This document shows positions 29,199 through 39,232 of a stretch of 64,000 nt of DNA, in pieces; the stretch's first letter is position 1; every line of letters starts with the position of its first letter. Source of the DNA: Halobacteriales archaeon QS_6_71_20 (lineage in GTDB: Archaea > Halobacteriota > Halobacteria > Halobacteriales > Haloferacaceae); assembly GCA_003020945.1 (NCBI GenBank), contig PXRU01000003.1:72947-136946 (forward strand). The letters run 5' to 3'. The notes beneath the pieces were generated by a model, which saw only the letters and a program-made list of their open reading frames with translations, did not search any database and was not told the origin of the DNA. Position numbers and translations under genes: made by a program.

Positions 29199-30234
29199 TC
29201 AGTACGTCAGCAACACCTGCAGCGCCTCGTCCGGCTCCCGATCGAGCAGGTCGTACGCCGCCGGCGCCTCCGCGACGGGGAACCGGTGAGTGATGAGTCG
29301 CTCCGTGTCGATCGTCCGGAGGCGTCGCCACGCGGTCGAGAGCCGTCGGTCGACGGTCCAGCGCCCGCGGCGCTCGGGCGCGAGCGTGCTCACCTGGCTG
29401 GCCCGGAGCTCGATCCGGCTCCGGTGGAACCGCCCGTCCAGCGACAGCTCCGTCGGCTTCGTCCCGTACCACGAGCCGACGACGACCCGGCCGCCGTAGC
29501 CCGTCAGGTCGACGGCGCCGTCGAGCGCCGCGGGGTTGCCCGACAGCTCGTACGTCAGGTCCGCCCGGGTCGGCCCGGAGCCGTCGTCGACTCCGGCGCC
29601 GTCGGCGTCGGCGTCCGAGTCGCCCGCGGCGGAGGCGGGCTCGGGCGACGCCGTCGGCGCCCATCGCCGTCGAGCGCTCGCGGCGGAACGGCCGGTACTC
29701 GGTCGTCACCAGCTCCGCAAGCGGGAACCCGGCGAGCACGGCGGTCGTCAGCAGGCCGACGACCCCCTGCCCGACGACGACGACGCGCTCGCCGACCGCC
29801 GGCTCGCCGTCGAGCGCGAGCGTCACCGCCGTCTCGACGTTCGGGAGGAACACTGCCGTCTCCGGGTCGATCCCGTCGGGGACCCGGCTCACGGCGTCGA
29901 CCGCGACGGCGAAGTCGCCGGCGTGCGGGTGGAAGGCGATCACCGTCTCGCCCGCCCACGCCGGGTCGACGTCCGGGCCGACCGCCCGCACGGTGCCGAC
30001 CGTGGCGTAGCCGTACGGGAACGGGTAGTCGAAGGAGCCGGACAGCGGGTCGAGCGTCTCGTCGGCCGCCAGCTCGCGGTCCACCTCCCCGCGGTACAAC
30101 AGCAGCTCCGTCCCCGAGCTGATCGCCGACACCGTCGCGTCGACCGCCACCTCGCCCGGGCCGGGATCGGCCACCGGCGTCTCCCTGACCTCGACCTCGC
30201 GGGGACCGGTGAAATACACCGTCGGCGCCGGCAC
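29199..30234 (-). pseudogene. Zn-dependent alcohol/threonine dehydrogenase-like gene with a frameshift near 29653
   Basis: Frame 1 gives SAISSGTE...GQGVVG...AMGAD; a second frame gives ELSGNP...VGSWYG...THRFPV..LQVLLTY*. Confidence 0.8.
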
Positions 30235-30418
30235 GGGTCAGTCCGTCCCCGCCGCCCCGGCAGTCAGGTCACGTCGGCGGCCGGCGACCCGGCGTCGTCG
30301 GCGGGCGCTTCTGTCGACAGTGCGTGTAGTCATCGGATCACGGTTGGTTGCGAGGAAAATAACTGCTTGGACGGGAACCGGACGGCGGCGGCCGGACGGA
30401 GCCGACGGACGACCCTTA

Positions 30419-30662
30419 CTACACGGGTCCGCGGTAGGTCGCGTCGCCGAAGCCCAGTGACGGGTAAAACACAGGCTGGAGTAGCCACAGCCCCGGCTCG
30501 TAGCCGACGCCCTTGCCGAACGACTTCGCGACGTCGATAGAACCTTCGCCGTCCCGGCGACGAGCGCGACGAGGACGGCGAGCTGAACCACGAGTACGGC
30601 CGCCGTCGGTTTGGACGAGTACGGGGGACACTACCGTTCTCCCGTAGTCCGTCGCCGGGTCA
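30419..30662 (-). pseudogene. Internally deleted DUF5684-like small membrane protein
   Basis: VQLAVLVALVAGTAKV in one frame, IDVAKSFGKGVGY..GLWLL.PVFYP.LGFGDATYRGP in another. Confidence 0.55.
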
Positions 30663-30707
30663 TGGTCCCCGTGCCGACCGCGGCGATACCGACCCGAGGC
30701 CCGGTCG

Positions 30708-31256
30708 CTACGGGAGGTCGCTGAACGCGGCCTTCGCGCCGACGCTGTCGAGCGACGCGTCGACCGCCTCGCGGGCCGTCTCCAGTTCCGACAGGATCCG
30801 CTCGTACTCCTCGGTCGACTCCTCGCCCGCGACCTCAAGCGTCGCCTTCTTCGACGCGAGCGCGAAGTAGCGCTGACTGGCGTCGTTGTAGTTCGCCCGC
30901 TCAATCAACACCTCGACGAGCCCGATCAGCTCGGGCTGCTCGACCGGCTTCACGCGGTAGTCGTCGAACGGCATGTCGACGATATCGACGGTCGGCTCCA
31001 CCGCCGTCAGCATCGCCACCCGGCAGTCGATGCCGGAGTCGCGCAGCCCCCGGAGCACCTCCTCGCCGCACATCTCCGGCATCCGCCGGTCGAGCAGCAC
31101 GACGTCGAGGGAGTCGTCGGCCGCCTCCAGCGCCTCGTGGCCGCCGGTCGCGGTCGTCACGTCGTATCTGTCGGAGAGGTAGCTCTCGTGCAGCGAGACG
31201 AGCGCCTCCTCGTCGTCGACGAGGAGCACGCTGGCGTCGGAGGCGTCGGCTACCAC
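30708..31256 (-). CDS. Response regulator with HalX domain
   Basis: LLVDDE, LLDRRMP, FDDYRVKP, YFALASKKATLE; start uncertain. Confidence 0.88.
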   Translation of the reverse strand: MVADASDASVLLVDDEEALVSLHESYLSDRYDVTTATGGHEALEAADDSLDVVLLDRRMPEMCGEEVLRGLRDSGIDCRVAMLTAVEPTVDIVDMPFDDYRVKPVEQPELIGLVEVLIERANYNDASQRYFALASKKATLEVAGEESTEEYERILSELETAREAVDASLDSVGAKAAFSDLP

Positions 31257-31395
31257 CTCCACACCCCCGTCACAGTTCTCATCGGTACGACTCAACGGAC
31301 CGGGAGTCAAAAAGCCGCCGCCCCAGTTATCAAACGTTGTATCTCATCGAACGCCGGAATCGCGAGCGGCGGTCACGTCGCCGGCGTCGGCGCGG

Positions 31396-32310
31396 TCACT
31401 GCATCGCCTTCACCCAGCCGGGCACGGCGGCCATCCCCTCCTTGTCCGCCCAGCCGTGCGACCGGAGGTACGCCTCCAGCGTGTCGAACTCGAAGCCGAA
31501 CCGCTCCGGGAGGGCGTCGACGTCGGCGGAGTAGCCCACCTCGTTGAACCACTCACACATCACGGTGAACTCCTCGCCGAAGCTCTCGTAGGCGTCCTCG
31601 ATGGGGACGTGGACGGCCTCGACGTCGACCCCGGTGACCGCCGAGAGGGTGTCGGCGGTCTCCGCGAGCGTCAGTTCGTCGCCCGCGAGGTCGGTCGACT
31701 CGCCGACGAACTCGTCGGGGTTCTCGAACGCGACGGCCGCGGCGTGGCCGAGGTCGTCGTTGCTCACCATCTGGAGGCTCACGCCCTCCGCCAGCGGGAG
31801 CGCGAGCGTCCCCTCGTCGACGATGTCCTCGGCGAACGCCTCGAGGTTCTCGAAGAAGAACACGGGCTTGAGCATCGTCCACGGGAGATCCAGGCTCCGG
31901 ATGTGCTCGTCGATCTCGCCGGCGGAGTCGAAATGTGGGACTCCCGTGTCCTCGTCGTGGCTGCCGACGCCCGAGAAGACGAACTGCTCGACGCCCTCCT
32001 CGGCGGCGACGTCGGCGACGTTCTTGCCCTGCCGGACCTGCGCGTCGCACCCCTGCGTCCAGAAGTTCGTGACCGCGAACACCGCGTCGGCGTCGGCGAC
32101 GGGCTCGCGCAGCGTCTCGGGGTCGTTCAGGTCGCCTTCCACCGTCGTGACGCCCCGGTCCGCGAGTTTCCGGGCCGCGTCGCTCGACGCATCGCGGGTC
32201 AGCCCGTGGACGTCGAAGTCCCGCTCGCTCGCGAGCAGGTGGTCGACGACGGCGCCGCCCTGGTTTCCGGTCGCTCCCACCACGAGTACGCTCTCGATCG
32301 AGTCGCTCAT
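31396..32310 (-). CDS. NmrA/HSCARG-family NAD(P)-binding protein
   Basis: VVGATGNQGG, VPHFDS, LKPVFFFEN. Confidence 0.92.
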   Translation of the reverse strand: MSDSIESVLVVGATGNQGGAVVDHLLASERDFDVHGLTRDASSDAARKLADRGVTTVEGDLNDPETLREPVADADAVFAVTNFWTQGCDAQVRQGKNVADVAAEEGVEQFVFSGVGSHDEDTGVPHFDSAGEIDEHIRSLDLPWTMLKPVFFFENLEAFAEDIVDEGTLALPLAEGVSLQMVSNDDLGHAAAVAFENPDEFVGESTDLAGDELTLAETADTLSAVTGVDVEAVHVPIEDAYESFGEEFTVMCEWFNEVGYSADVDALPERFGFEFDTLEAYLRSHGWADKEGMAAVPGWVKAMQ

Positions 32311-32403
32311 CGGACGGTCGTTCGGTCGGGGAGCGTATATTCTTGCTCTAACGGGCGTGGAACCGGGTGACGTCGGTGTTATCGGATGACCGCCGGCCGG
32401 GGG

Positions 32404-32508
32404 ACTGGAGATTACGGAGCCGATCGTCGGGGGATTGACGACTGGGGGACGGATCGGCGGAAGACTGGTCGCCGGAGAACTGATCGCTGGAGGACAGGTC
32501 GCCGGCAC
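32404..32508. repeat. Degenerate 15-bp tandem repeat, about 7 units
   Basis: ACGGATCGGCGGAAG/ACTGGTCGCCGGAGA/ACTGATCGCTGGAGG/ACAGGTCGCCGGCAC. Confidence 0.65.
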
Positions 32509-32574
32509 GACCGCGCCGATCACACGCGATCGACGGCCCCCGAAGTCGTGACCGGGCGACGCGCGAACGGCGGG

Positions 32575-33687
32575 CTACGGCTCGCTCACGCGCAGGACCG
32601 GTTTGATCGTCTCGCCGGACTCGGAGTCGGCGACCGCCCGCTCGATCTCCTCGAAGTCGTAGTAGGTGACCAGCTCGTCGAAGGGGAACGCCCCCTGGCG
32701 GTACAGCTCAACGAGGTCCGCGATGAACTCGTCGCGGTCGGAGTCGCCCTCGACGATCCCGGTGATCGTCCGGCCGTTGATGAGGAGGTCGTTCACGTCG
32801 TAGCTCGCCTCCGCGCCCAGCGGCGGCGCGCCGACGATCCCCGCGGTGCCGCGCTGCGTGAGCGACGCGACCGCCTGTTCGGCCACGTCGGGGACGCCGG
32901 TCGTCTCGACGGCGTACTCGACGCCGCCGTCCGTCGCCTCCCGGACGGCCCCGACCACGTCCTCGACGCCCTCGGGGTCGATGGTCGCCGTAGCTCCGAG
33001 CTCGTCGGCCTTCGCCAGCCGGTTGTCCTTCAGGTCGACGGAGACGATTTCGGTACACCCCTTCAGCTTTGCCGCCATCACCGCCGAGAGCCCGACCGAG
33101 CCCGCGCCGAAGACGGCGATCGACGAGCCCGTCTGGGGGTCGAGGCTGTTGATCACGCCGCCCGCGCCCGTCTGGACGCCGCAGCCGAGCGGGCCGAGCA
33201 GCTCCAGGGGCACGTCGTCGGCGACGGGGACGACGTTGCGCTCGGTGGCCATCGCGTGGGTCGCGAACGACGACTGCCCGAAGAAGCGGCCGTGGACCGG
33301 CTCGCCGTCGCGCGAGAGCGGCGTGCTCCCGTCCTCCGGGCGAACGCCGCCGAAGTTGTACGCGAAGAACTCGTCGCAGTAGGCGGGGTGGCCCGCCCGG
33401 CAGTGTCGACAGGTGTCGTCGGAGTCGAAGCTCATCACCACCCGGTCGCCCGGCTCCACGCGGGTGACGGCCGAGCCGACCGACTCGACCACGCCCGATC
33501 CCTCGTGCCCGAGAACGATCGGGAGCGGCGAGGGGTACTCCTGGTCGCGGACGATCAGGTCGGTGTGACAGACCCCGGCGCCGACGACCCGCACCACTAC
33601 CTCGTCGGGGGCGGGGTCGCCCAGCTCCAGCGTGTCGATCTCGAACGCCCCGCCCTCCTCCTCGACGACCGCCGCGCGGATCTCCAT
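32575..33687 (-). CDS. Zn-dependent NAD(P) alcohol dehydrogenase (aryl/benzyl alcohol type)
   Basis: CHTD, GHEGSG, CRHC...C, GPLGCGVQTG, GAGSVG. Confidence 0.93.
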   Translation of the reverse strand: MEIRAAVVEEEGGAFEIDTLELGDPAPDEVVVRVVGAGVCHTDLIVRDQEYPSPLPIVLGHEGSGVVESVGSAVTRVEPGDRVVMSFDSDDTCRHCRAGHPAYCDEFFAYNFGGVRPEDGSTPLSRDGEPVHGRFFGQSSFATHAMATERNVVPVADDVPLELLGPLGCGVQTGAGGVINSLDPQTGSSIAVFGAGSVGLSAVMAAKLKGCTEIVSVDLKDNRLAKADELGATATIDPEGVEDVVGAVREATDGGVEYAVETTGVPDVAEQAVASLTQRGTAGIVGAPPLGAEASYDVNDLLINGRTITGIVEGDSDRDEFIADLVELYRQGAFPFDELVTYYDFEEIERAVADSESGETIKPVLRVSEP

Positions 33688-33870
33688 GCGTGTGTCATGG
33701 TGTCGACTCACATAGCTGTACTCCCGACACGACCGCGCGCTGGGTTCCGTCGTGGCCCGGCGTCGCGACGTTCACTCGACCGTAGTTCGCCGGGCAGGGC
33801 ATCGGTGTCGCCTCGTGGCGATCCCGCGGCGACGGGGTCGAGACGAACGAAGAGAAAGGGCGACCCGTCG

Positions 33871-34029
33871 TTACCGCTCGACCGCGTCGTACGGCACCGG
33901 AACGACTCCGTAGCGGCCGAAGTGCCGCTTGAGGAACGTCTCGATCCGGCCGAACGTCGGCCGCGCCGTCATCGCCGGCAGATACATCTCTTCAGTCCGA
34001 TCGCGCGTCTCAGTTTGTGACCCACTCAT
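33871..34029 (-). CDS. Putative 52-aa small protein upstream of the ADH
   Basis: MSGSQTETRDRTEEMYLPAMTARPTFGRIETFLKRHFGRYGVVPVPYDAVER; TTAAA box ~60 nt upstream. Confidence 0.5.
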   Translation of the reverse strand: MSGSQTETRDRTEEMYLPAMTARPTFGRIETFLKRHFGRYGVVPVPYDAVER

Positions 34030-34189
34030 GGCGATCTCAGATAGGTGCGTCGGGTGCATGAGCTACCGGGGGTACATCTTCGTGGGTTTAAGTACGTACT
34101 TTTCATGTCACGAGTTATCACCGAGTATTCCAAACGTACACTCGAAATAGCGCGCGTTAGCAAACATAGGGGATGCTAACATGGGGCAT

Positions 34190-34610
34190 GAAATCGGTGT
34201 ATCTGTGGCGAACATCGCGGCGGATGATCGGCCGAGCACCGCGTCCCAGTTCGTCCCGACGTCGAGGCAGCCGTTGAGATGCGTCCGGATGGCAACGCGG
34301 CCGACGAATCATCCATGACAGTCTCGGGGTCGACGCCCTCTCCCCTCGGCCGTGATTCGATGTCGATTCGCTTGTCGGCGGTCACGTCGTCGGCCGCAGC
34401 AGCCGGCGGAGATCCTCGGCTTCGCCGTCGACGGGCTCTATCTCGGCCGCCCGTGTCACGGCCGCCAGCACTGCCCGGTCGTGGAACGCCGTCAACTCCC
34501 GGAGGCTCGCATCGTTCGCCCGGCGCGTCGCCAGCCGCTCGTCGATGTCGTCCAAGCCGCGTCGCTCCACGACCCGGTCGAGTTTACGCGTCCCGTCCTG
34601 ACAGTATTGG
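34190..34610 (-). pseudogene. Multiply frameshifted RdfA (rod-determining factor A)-like gene
   Basis: Three frames give KLDRVVERRGL...SLRELTAF.DRAVL...RLL / DDVTADKRIDIESR..GEGVDPE / IRTHLNGCLDV. Confidence 0.6.
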
Positions 34611-34750
34611 TGGCCGTAGAACCGCCGGCGTCGAAACTCCGAACCGAAGGTCTCGGACCGCATACGGATACTGTTATCAAGACCGGTGTCAAATACGAGG
34701 ACAGAACGCCGGACGGGGGATCGCCGCCGACAGCCGGCTACGAGGCCACG

Positions 34751-35410
34751 ATGTCGATCACGGTGAAGCTCCACGTCAAACACGAGCGACTCGCGCTAGT
34801 GCCGACGCTGCGACGACTCGGCGACGTGTACATTCGCGTCATCACGCACAGCGACACGGACCCGGACGCGAGCGTCTTCCCGTTCCTCATCGAACACGAC
34901 GACCGGGCGGCCCTCGAAGCCGCGCTCGACGAGGACCCCACCGTCGCGTCGTATGAGAGCGTCGACTGGACCGACGGCGTCGGGATGCACTACATCGAGC
35001 ACACGTCGGAGACGAAGCTCATCAGCCCCGTCGTCACGTCGGTCAACGGCTTCATGATGAAGACGGAGACGAGGGGGATGGGCTGGCTCGTCCAGCTCCT
35101 GTTGCCGGACCGGCAGGCGCTCAACACCGTCTGGGAGTACGCGAACGACAACGACATCGCGCTGGACATCGTCGAGATATACGGGAAAGGCGGCGACGTC
35201 GGCGAGCGGTCCTACGGGCTGACGGACGAACAGCGCGTAGCGCTCACGACGGCGTATCGAGCGGGCTACTTCAACGAGCCGCGCGACATCTCGCTCAGCG
35301 AGGTGGCCGACGAGATGGGACTGTCCTCGACGGCGATGAGCGGACGGCTCCGTCGGGGCGTCGGGAACCTCATCGCCGCGACGCTCGACGACACGGACGT
35401 CGAGGAGTGA
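34751..35410 (+). CDS. Bacterio-opsin activator-type HTH-10 regulator
   Basis: C-terminal LTDEQRVALTTAYRAGYFNEPRDISLSEVADEMGLSSTAMSGRLRRG. Confidence 0.92.
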   Translation: MSITVKLHVKHERLALVPTLRRLGDVYIRVITHSDTDPDASVFPFLIEHDDRAALEAALDEDPTVASYESVDWTDGVGMHYIEHTSETKLISPVVTSVNGFMMKTETRGMGWLVQLLLPDRQALNTVWEYANDNDIALDIVEIYGKGGDVGERSYGLTDEQRVALTTAYRAGYFNEPRDISLSEVADEMGLSSTAMSGRLRRGVGNLIAATLDDTDVEE

Positions 35411-35413
35411 GCG

Positions 35414-35680
35414 TCACTCCGGGCCGTTCTGCCGTCGCGTCACCGGCCGCAGCGCCGCGGCGTCTTTGCTGTAGTCGAGCCAGACGCTGAGCACGGACGC
35501 GACTATCAGCAGGTAGACGGGAAAAAGCACGAGGAGCGTGTAGCCGGCGGCGATGAGCGCGAGTTCGCCGGTCCAGTAGAGAGCGACGACGGCGACGAGT
35601 CCGGTGACGGCCGCCGCGAGCATCCCGAACCGGAAGGCGGCCGCGGCCGCACGGCCGGGGCGAACGCGGATGGAGACCAT
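35414..35680 (-). CDS. Small two-TM membrane protein
   Basis: Hydrophobic 88-aa segment; start could instead be 35707. Confidence 0.6.
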   Translation of the reverse strand: MVSIRVRPGRAAAAAFRFGMLAAAVTGLVAVVALYWTGELALIAAGYTLLVLFPVYLLIVASVLSVWLDYSKDAAALRPVTRRQNGPE

Positions 35681-35800
35681 GCCGTGAGCTACGGTCCAGG
35701 CGGACATAAGCGTGCCCGGGGGACGATAGCGACCCCAACTTAAACCTCTGGTAGAGTACTGGTGATGCTTTATTTGCGGGTGCCTGTTTAGTTCTCGCGA

Positions 35801-37180
35801 ATGTCGAACGAGCGAGACCATCCCAACCACCCGAGTGTGGACCAATCGGATCGGACCGTTCCGAGGAATCTACGGCAAACCGGCGACCCGAACATCGAGA
35901 TGCTGATGTCGACGCGCGTCCGCAAGTCGCCCTTCTTCCACAAGTCGTTCAACGAGAACGGCGCGTGGCGCTGTACCGTCTACAACCGCATCTATCATCC
36001 GCGCGGACTCGTCGAACCCGAAGACGGCGGCGCGATGGCCGAGTACGAGGCGCTGACCAACGCCGTCACGCTGTGGGACGTGGCCGTCGAGCGGCAGATC
36101 CGCGTGAAGGGGCCCGACGCCGAGGCGCTCACCGACTACGTCGTCACCCGTGACGTGACGGGCATGGACCCGATGGACGGGAAGTACGTCATCCTCTGTA
36201 ACGAGGACGGCGGCGTCCTCAACGACCCGGTGTTGCTCCGGCCCGAGGAAGACGAGTTCTGGTTCTCCATCTCCGACTCGACCCTGATGCAGTGGCTCCA
36301 GGGCGTCAACGTCGACAACGAGTTCGACGTCGAGATCGACGAGATCGACGTCGCCCCGATGCAGATCCAGGGACCGCTCTCCGAGGACGTCATGATCGAC
36401 GTCGTCGGCGAGGAGGTACGCGACATCGCCTACTACGGGCTGATGGAGGCCGAGGTCAACGGCTGTGAGGTGCTGATCAGCCAGACCGGCTTCTCCGGCG
36501 AGAAGGGCTTCGAGATCTACGTCAAGGACGCACAGAAGAACGCCGAGCGGGTGTGGGACCCGGTCCACGACAGCGTCGTCGACCACGGCGGGATGCAGAT
36601 CGCTCCCGGTCACCACCGCCGCATCGCCGCGGGTATCATGTCGTGGGGACAGGACCTCGACCACGAGACCTCGCCGTTCCAAGTCAACCTCGGCTACCAC
36701 GTCCCGGACGACAAGGAGGCCGACTACATCGGCAAGGAGGCGCTGGAGGAACAGAAAGAACGGATCGAGAACGGCGAGTATCCGTTCACGCACAAGCTCA
36801 TCGGCCTGAAGATGGCCGGCGAGCCGATCCGCGATTACGCGCCGGACTTCTGGCTCATCTCCGACCCGGAGACGGGCGAGGAGTGCGGCTACCTCACCTC
36901 GCCGTGGTGGAACCCGGACCTCGAGACCAACATCGGCATGGGGTTCGTCCCGGCCGAGAAGATCGAGGAAGTGACCGATACGCCGCTCAACGACGAGATC
37001 TACGACGAGGAGCTGGACCTGGAGTTCCGGGTCCACCTCCCCGACGAGTACTCCGAGGAGCCCGGCGAGCCGACGTTCGCGACGGCCGCGACGGTGCCGT
37101 TCAAGGAGTCGGTCAATCCGAGCGCCCGCGAGCAGGCGAAGCTGAACGCCCGCAAGGAAGCAGAGCAGAGCAGCGACTGA
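35801..37180 (+). CDS. Stand-alone GcvT-family THF-dependent methyltransferase, DmdA-like
   Basis: STRVRKSPF, TVYNR, LWDVAVERQ..GPDA, GGVLNDPV, SISDS, TGFSGEKGFE, RRIAAG..SWGQD. Confidence 0.85.
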   Translation: MSNERDHPNHPSVDQSDRTVPRNLRQTGDPNIEMLMSTRVRKSPFFHKSFNENGAWRCTVYNRIYHPRGLVEPEDGGAMAEYEALTNAVTLWDVAVERQIRVKGPDAEALTDYVVTRDVTGMDPMDGKYVILCNEDGGVLNDPVLLRPEEDEFWFSISDSTLMQWLQGVNVDNEFDVEIDEIDVAPMQIQGPLSEDVMIDVVGEEVRDIAYYGLMEAEVNGCEVLISQTGFSGEKGFEIYVKDAQKNAERVWDPVHDSVVDHGGMQIAPGHHRRIAAGIMSWGQDLDHETSPFQVNLGYHVPDDKEADYIGKEALEEQKERIENGEYPFTHKLIGLKMAGEPIRDYAPDFWLISDPETGEECGYLTSPWWNPDLETNIGMGFVPAEKIEEVTDTPLNDEIYDEELDLEFRVHLPDEYSEEPGEPTFATAATVPFKESVNPSAREQAKLNARKEAEQSSD

Positions 37181-37272
37181 ACGGCGACCGAACAGCGTCG
37201 CACACTCCTCTCTTTTTCGACGACACCGCGAGCACCGCCGGAGTGATTACGTCGCGTACACTCCCGTCGACT

Positions 37273-37833
37273 GTGACTTACGGCGACCGAACGGTAGAGA
37301 CGTTCCTGACGGAGCTCGCGGCCGAGGCGGTGCCTCCCGCCGGCGGCACCGCGACGGCCGTCGTGGGTGCGGGGGGCGCGTCGCTCTGTGAGATGGTCGC
37401 CCGTCACGCCGACGGAGACGTTCGCGTCGACGGATCGACGGCACGGGCGACGCTCGACGCGCGGCGAGCGCGACTGCTCACGCTCGCGGACGCGGACGCG
37501 GCGGTGGTCGACGCTCTGTTCGCCGGCGACGGCGGCCCGCGGGAGCGCAAGCGCGCCGTCGGCGTCCCGCTGGCGATCGCGGAGGCGTGCGGTGACGTGC
37601 TGGCGGTCGGAGCCGCGGTCGTCGAGCAGGGCGAGGGACCGGTCGTCGCCGACGCGGTCACGGGTGTGTTCCTCGCTCACGGGGCGTTGCGCGCGGCGCT
37701 GTTCACGCTCCGGACGAATCTCTCGTCGGTCGCAGACGAGTCGTTCGTCGCAGAGACGGATCAGCGAGCGGCGGAGCTGGAGGCGGCGGCGGTGACGGCG
37801 TTCGCGCGGGCGACGGACGGCGTCGGCGGGTGA
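37273..37833 (+). CDS. Formiminotetrahydrofolate cyclodeaminase/cyclohydrolase family protein
   Basis: TVETFLTELAAEAVPPAGGTATAVVGAGGASLCEMVAR; GTG start inferred. Confidence 0.8.
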   Translation: MTYGDRTVETFLTELAAEAVPPAGGTATAVVGAGGASLCEMVARHADGDVRVDGSTARATLDARRARLLTLADADAAVVDALFAGDGGPRERKRAVGVPLAIAEACGDVLAVGAAVVEQGEGPVVADAVTGVFLAHGALRAALFTLRTNLSSVADESFVAETDQRAAELEAAAVTAFARATDGVGG

Positions 37834-37838
37834 GTCGG

Positions 37839-39086
37839 CTACTCGTACAGCGGGAACTCGTCGGTGAGTTCGTCGACCCGCGTCGCGACCCCTTCGACGG
37901 TGGCGTCGTCCTCCGGCGCGTCCACGACGCGGGCGATGAGGTCGGCCACCTCGCGGCAGGCGGCTTCGTCGAAGCCGCGGGTGGTGAGGCCGGGCGTACC
38001 GGCGCGGATGCCCGAGGGATCGAACGGTGAGCGCGTCTCGCCGGGTACCGTGTTCGCGTTCAGGACGATGTCGGCCCGCTCCAGCGCTTCCTCGGCCGTG
38101 CCGCCGGTCGTGTCGGGATGGGAGGGCCGGAGGTCGACCAACACGAGGTGGGTGTCGGTGCCGCCGGAGACGATCTCGAAGCCGTGCTCGTGGAGTCGGT
38201 CGGCGAGCGCCCGAGCGTTGGCGACGGTCTGTCGGGCGTACTCCTCGAACTCGGGCGTGAGCGCCTCCTTGAAGCCGACGGCCTTGCCCGCGACGTTGTG
38301 CATCGCCGGGCCGCCCTGCGCGCCGGGGAAGACGGCGCTGTCGACGTCGTCGGCGTGCTCCTCGTCGCACATGATGATCCCTCCTCGTCCCGCGCGGACG
38401 GTCTTGTGCGTCGACCCGGTGACGAAGTCCGCGACGCCGACCGGCGACCGGTGGACGCCGGCCGCGACGAGGCCGGTGATGTGCGCGATGTCCGCCAGAT
38501 GGTACGCGTCGACCGCGTCGGCCGCTTCCTGAACCCGCTCCCACTCCACTTCGCGGGGGTACGCCGAGTAGCCCGACACGACGATGTCGGGGTCGAACGC
38601 CTCCGCGTGCTCGCGCAGGCCGTCGTAGTCGACGTAGCCGGTCTCCGGGTCGACCTCGTACTGTTCCACCTCGTAGGTCTGACCGGCGAAGTTCGCCGGG
38701 TGGCCGTGCGAGAGGTGGCCGCCGTGGGTCAGGTCAAGCGAGAGGATCTTGTCGCCCGGATCGAGCACCGCGAGGTAGACGCTCATGTTCGCCTGCGACC
38801 CGGAGTGGGGCTGGACGTTGACGTGCTCGGCACCCCACAGCTCCTTCGCGCGTTCGATGGCGGCGGTCTCGACCTCGTCGGCGAACTCGCAGCCGCCGTA
38901 GTAGCGCTCGCCGGGATATCCCTCGGCGTAGTTGTTCGTCAGCTCCGAGCCCTGCGCCGCCATCACGGCCTCGGAGACGTGGTTCTCGCTCGCTATCATC
39001 GCCAGCGTGTCCTCCTGTCGACGGCGCTCGCCGGCGAGCGCGTCGGCGACGGTCGGGTCCGTCTCTCGGACTGTCTCGTACACCAT
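37839..39086 (-). CDS. glyA: Serine hydroxymethyltransferase
   Basis: IASEN, YAEGYPGERYYGG, NVQPHSGSQAN, STHKT. Confidence 0.97.
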   Translation of the reverse strand: MVYETVRETDPTVADALAGERRRQEDTLAMIASENHVSEAVMAAQGSELTNNYAEGYPGERYYGGCEFADEVETAAIERAKELWGAEHVNVQPHSGSQANMSVYLAVLDPGDKILSLDLTHGGHLSHGHPANFAGQTYEVEQYEVDPETGYVDYDGLREHAEAFDPDIVVSGYSAYPREVEWERVQEAADAVDAYHLADIAHITGLVAAGVHRSPVGVADFVTGSTHKTVRAGRGGIIMCDEEHADDVDSAVFPGAQGGPAMHNVAGKAVGFKEALTPEFEEYARQTVANARALADRLHEHGFEIVSGGTDTHLVLVDLRPSHPDTTGGTAEEALERADIVLNANTVPGETRSPFDPSGIRAGTPGLTTRGFDEAACREVADLIARVVDAPEDDATVEGVATRVDELTDEFPLYE

Positions 39087-39232
39087 ACCCGTGTCAGGGA
39101 CCGGAATCAGATAAAGCGGCCGCCGGCACGACCTACCACGTCCGTGACTGGATGTGTCCTCGGTGTATGACTGGACGCTCCCGTCCGGCAGCGATCGGCG
39201 TTCGGATTACTTTGATATGGGATCGCATACAG

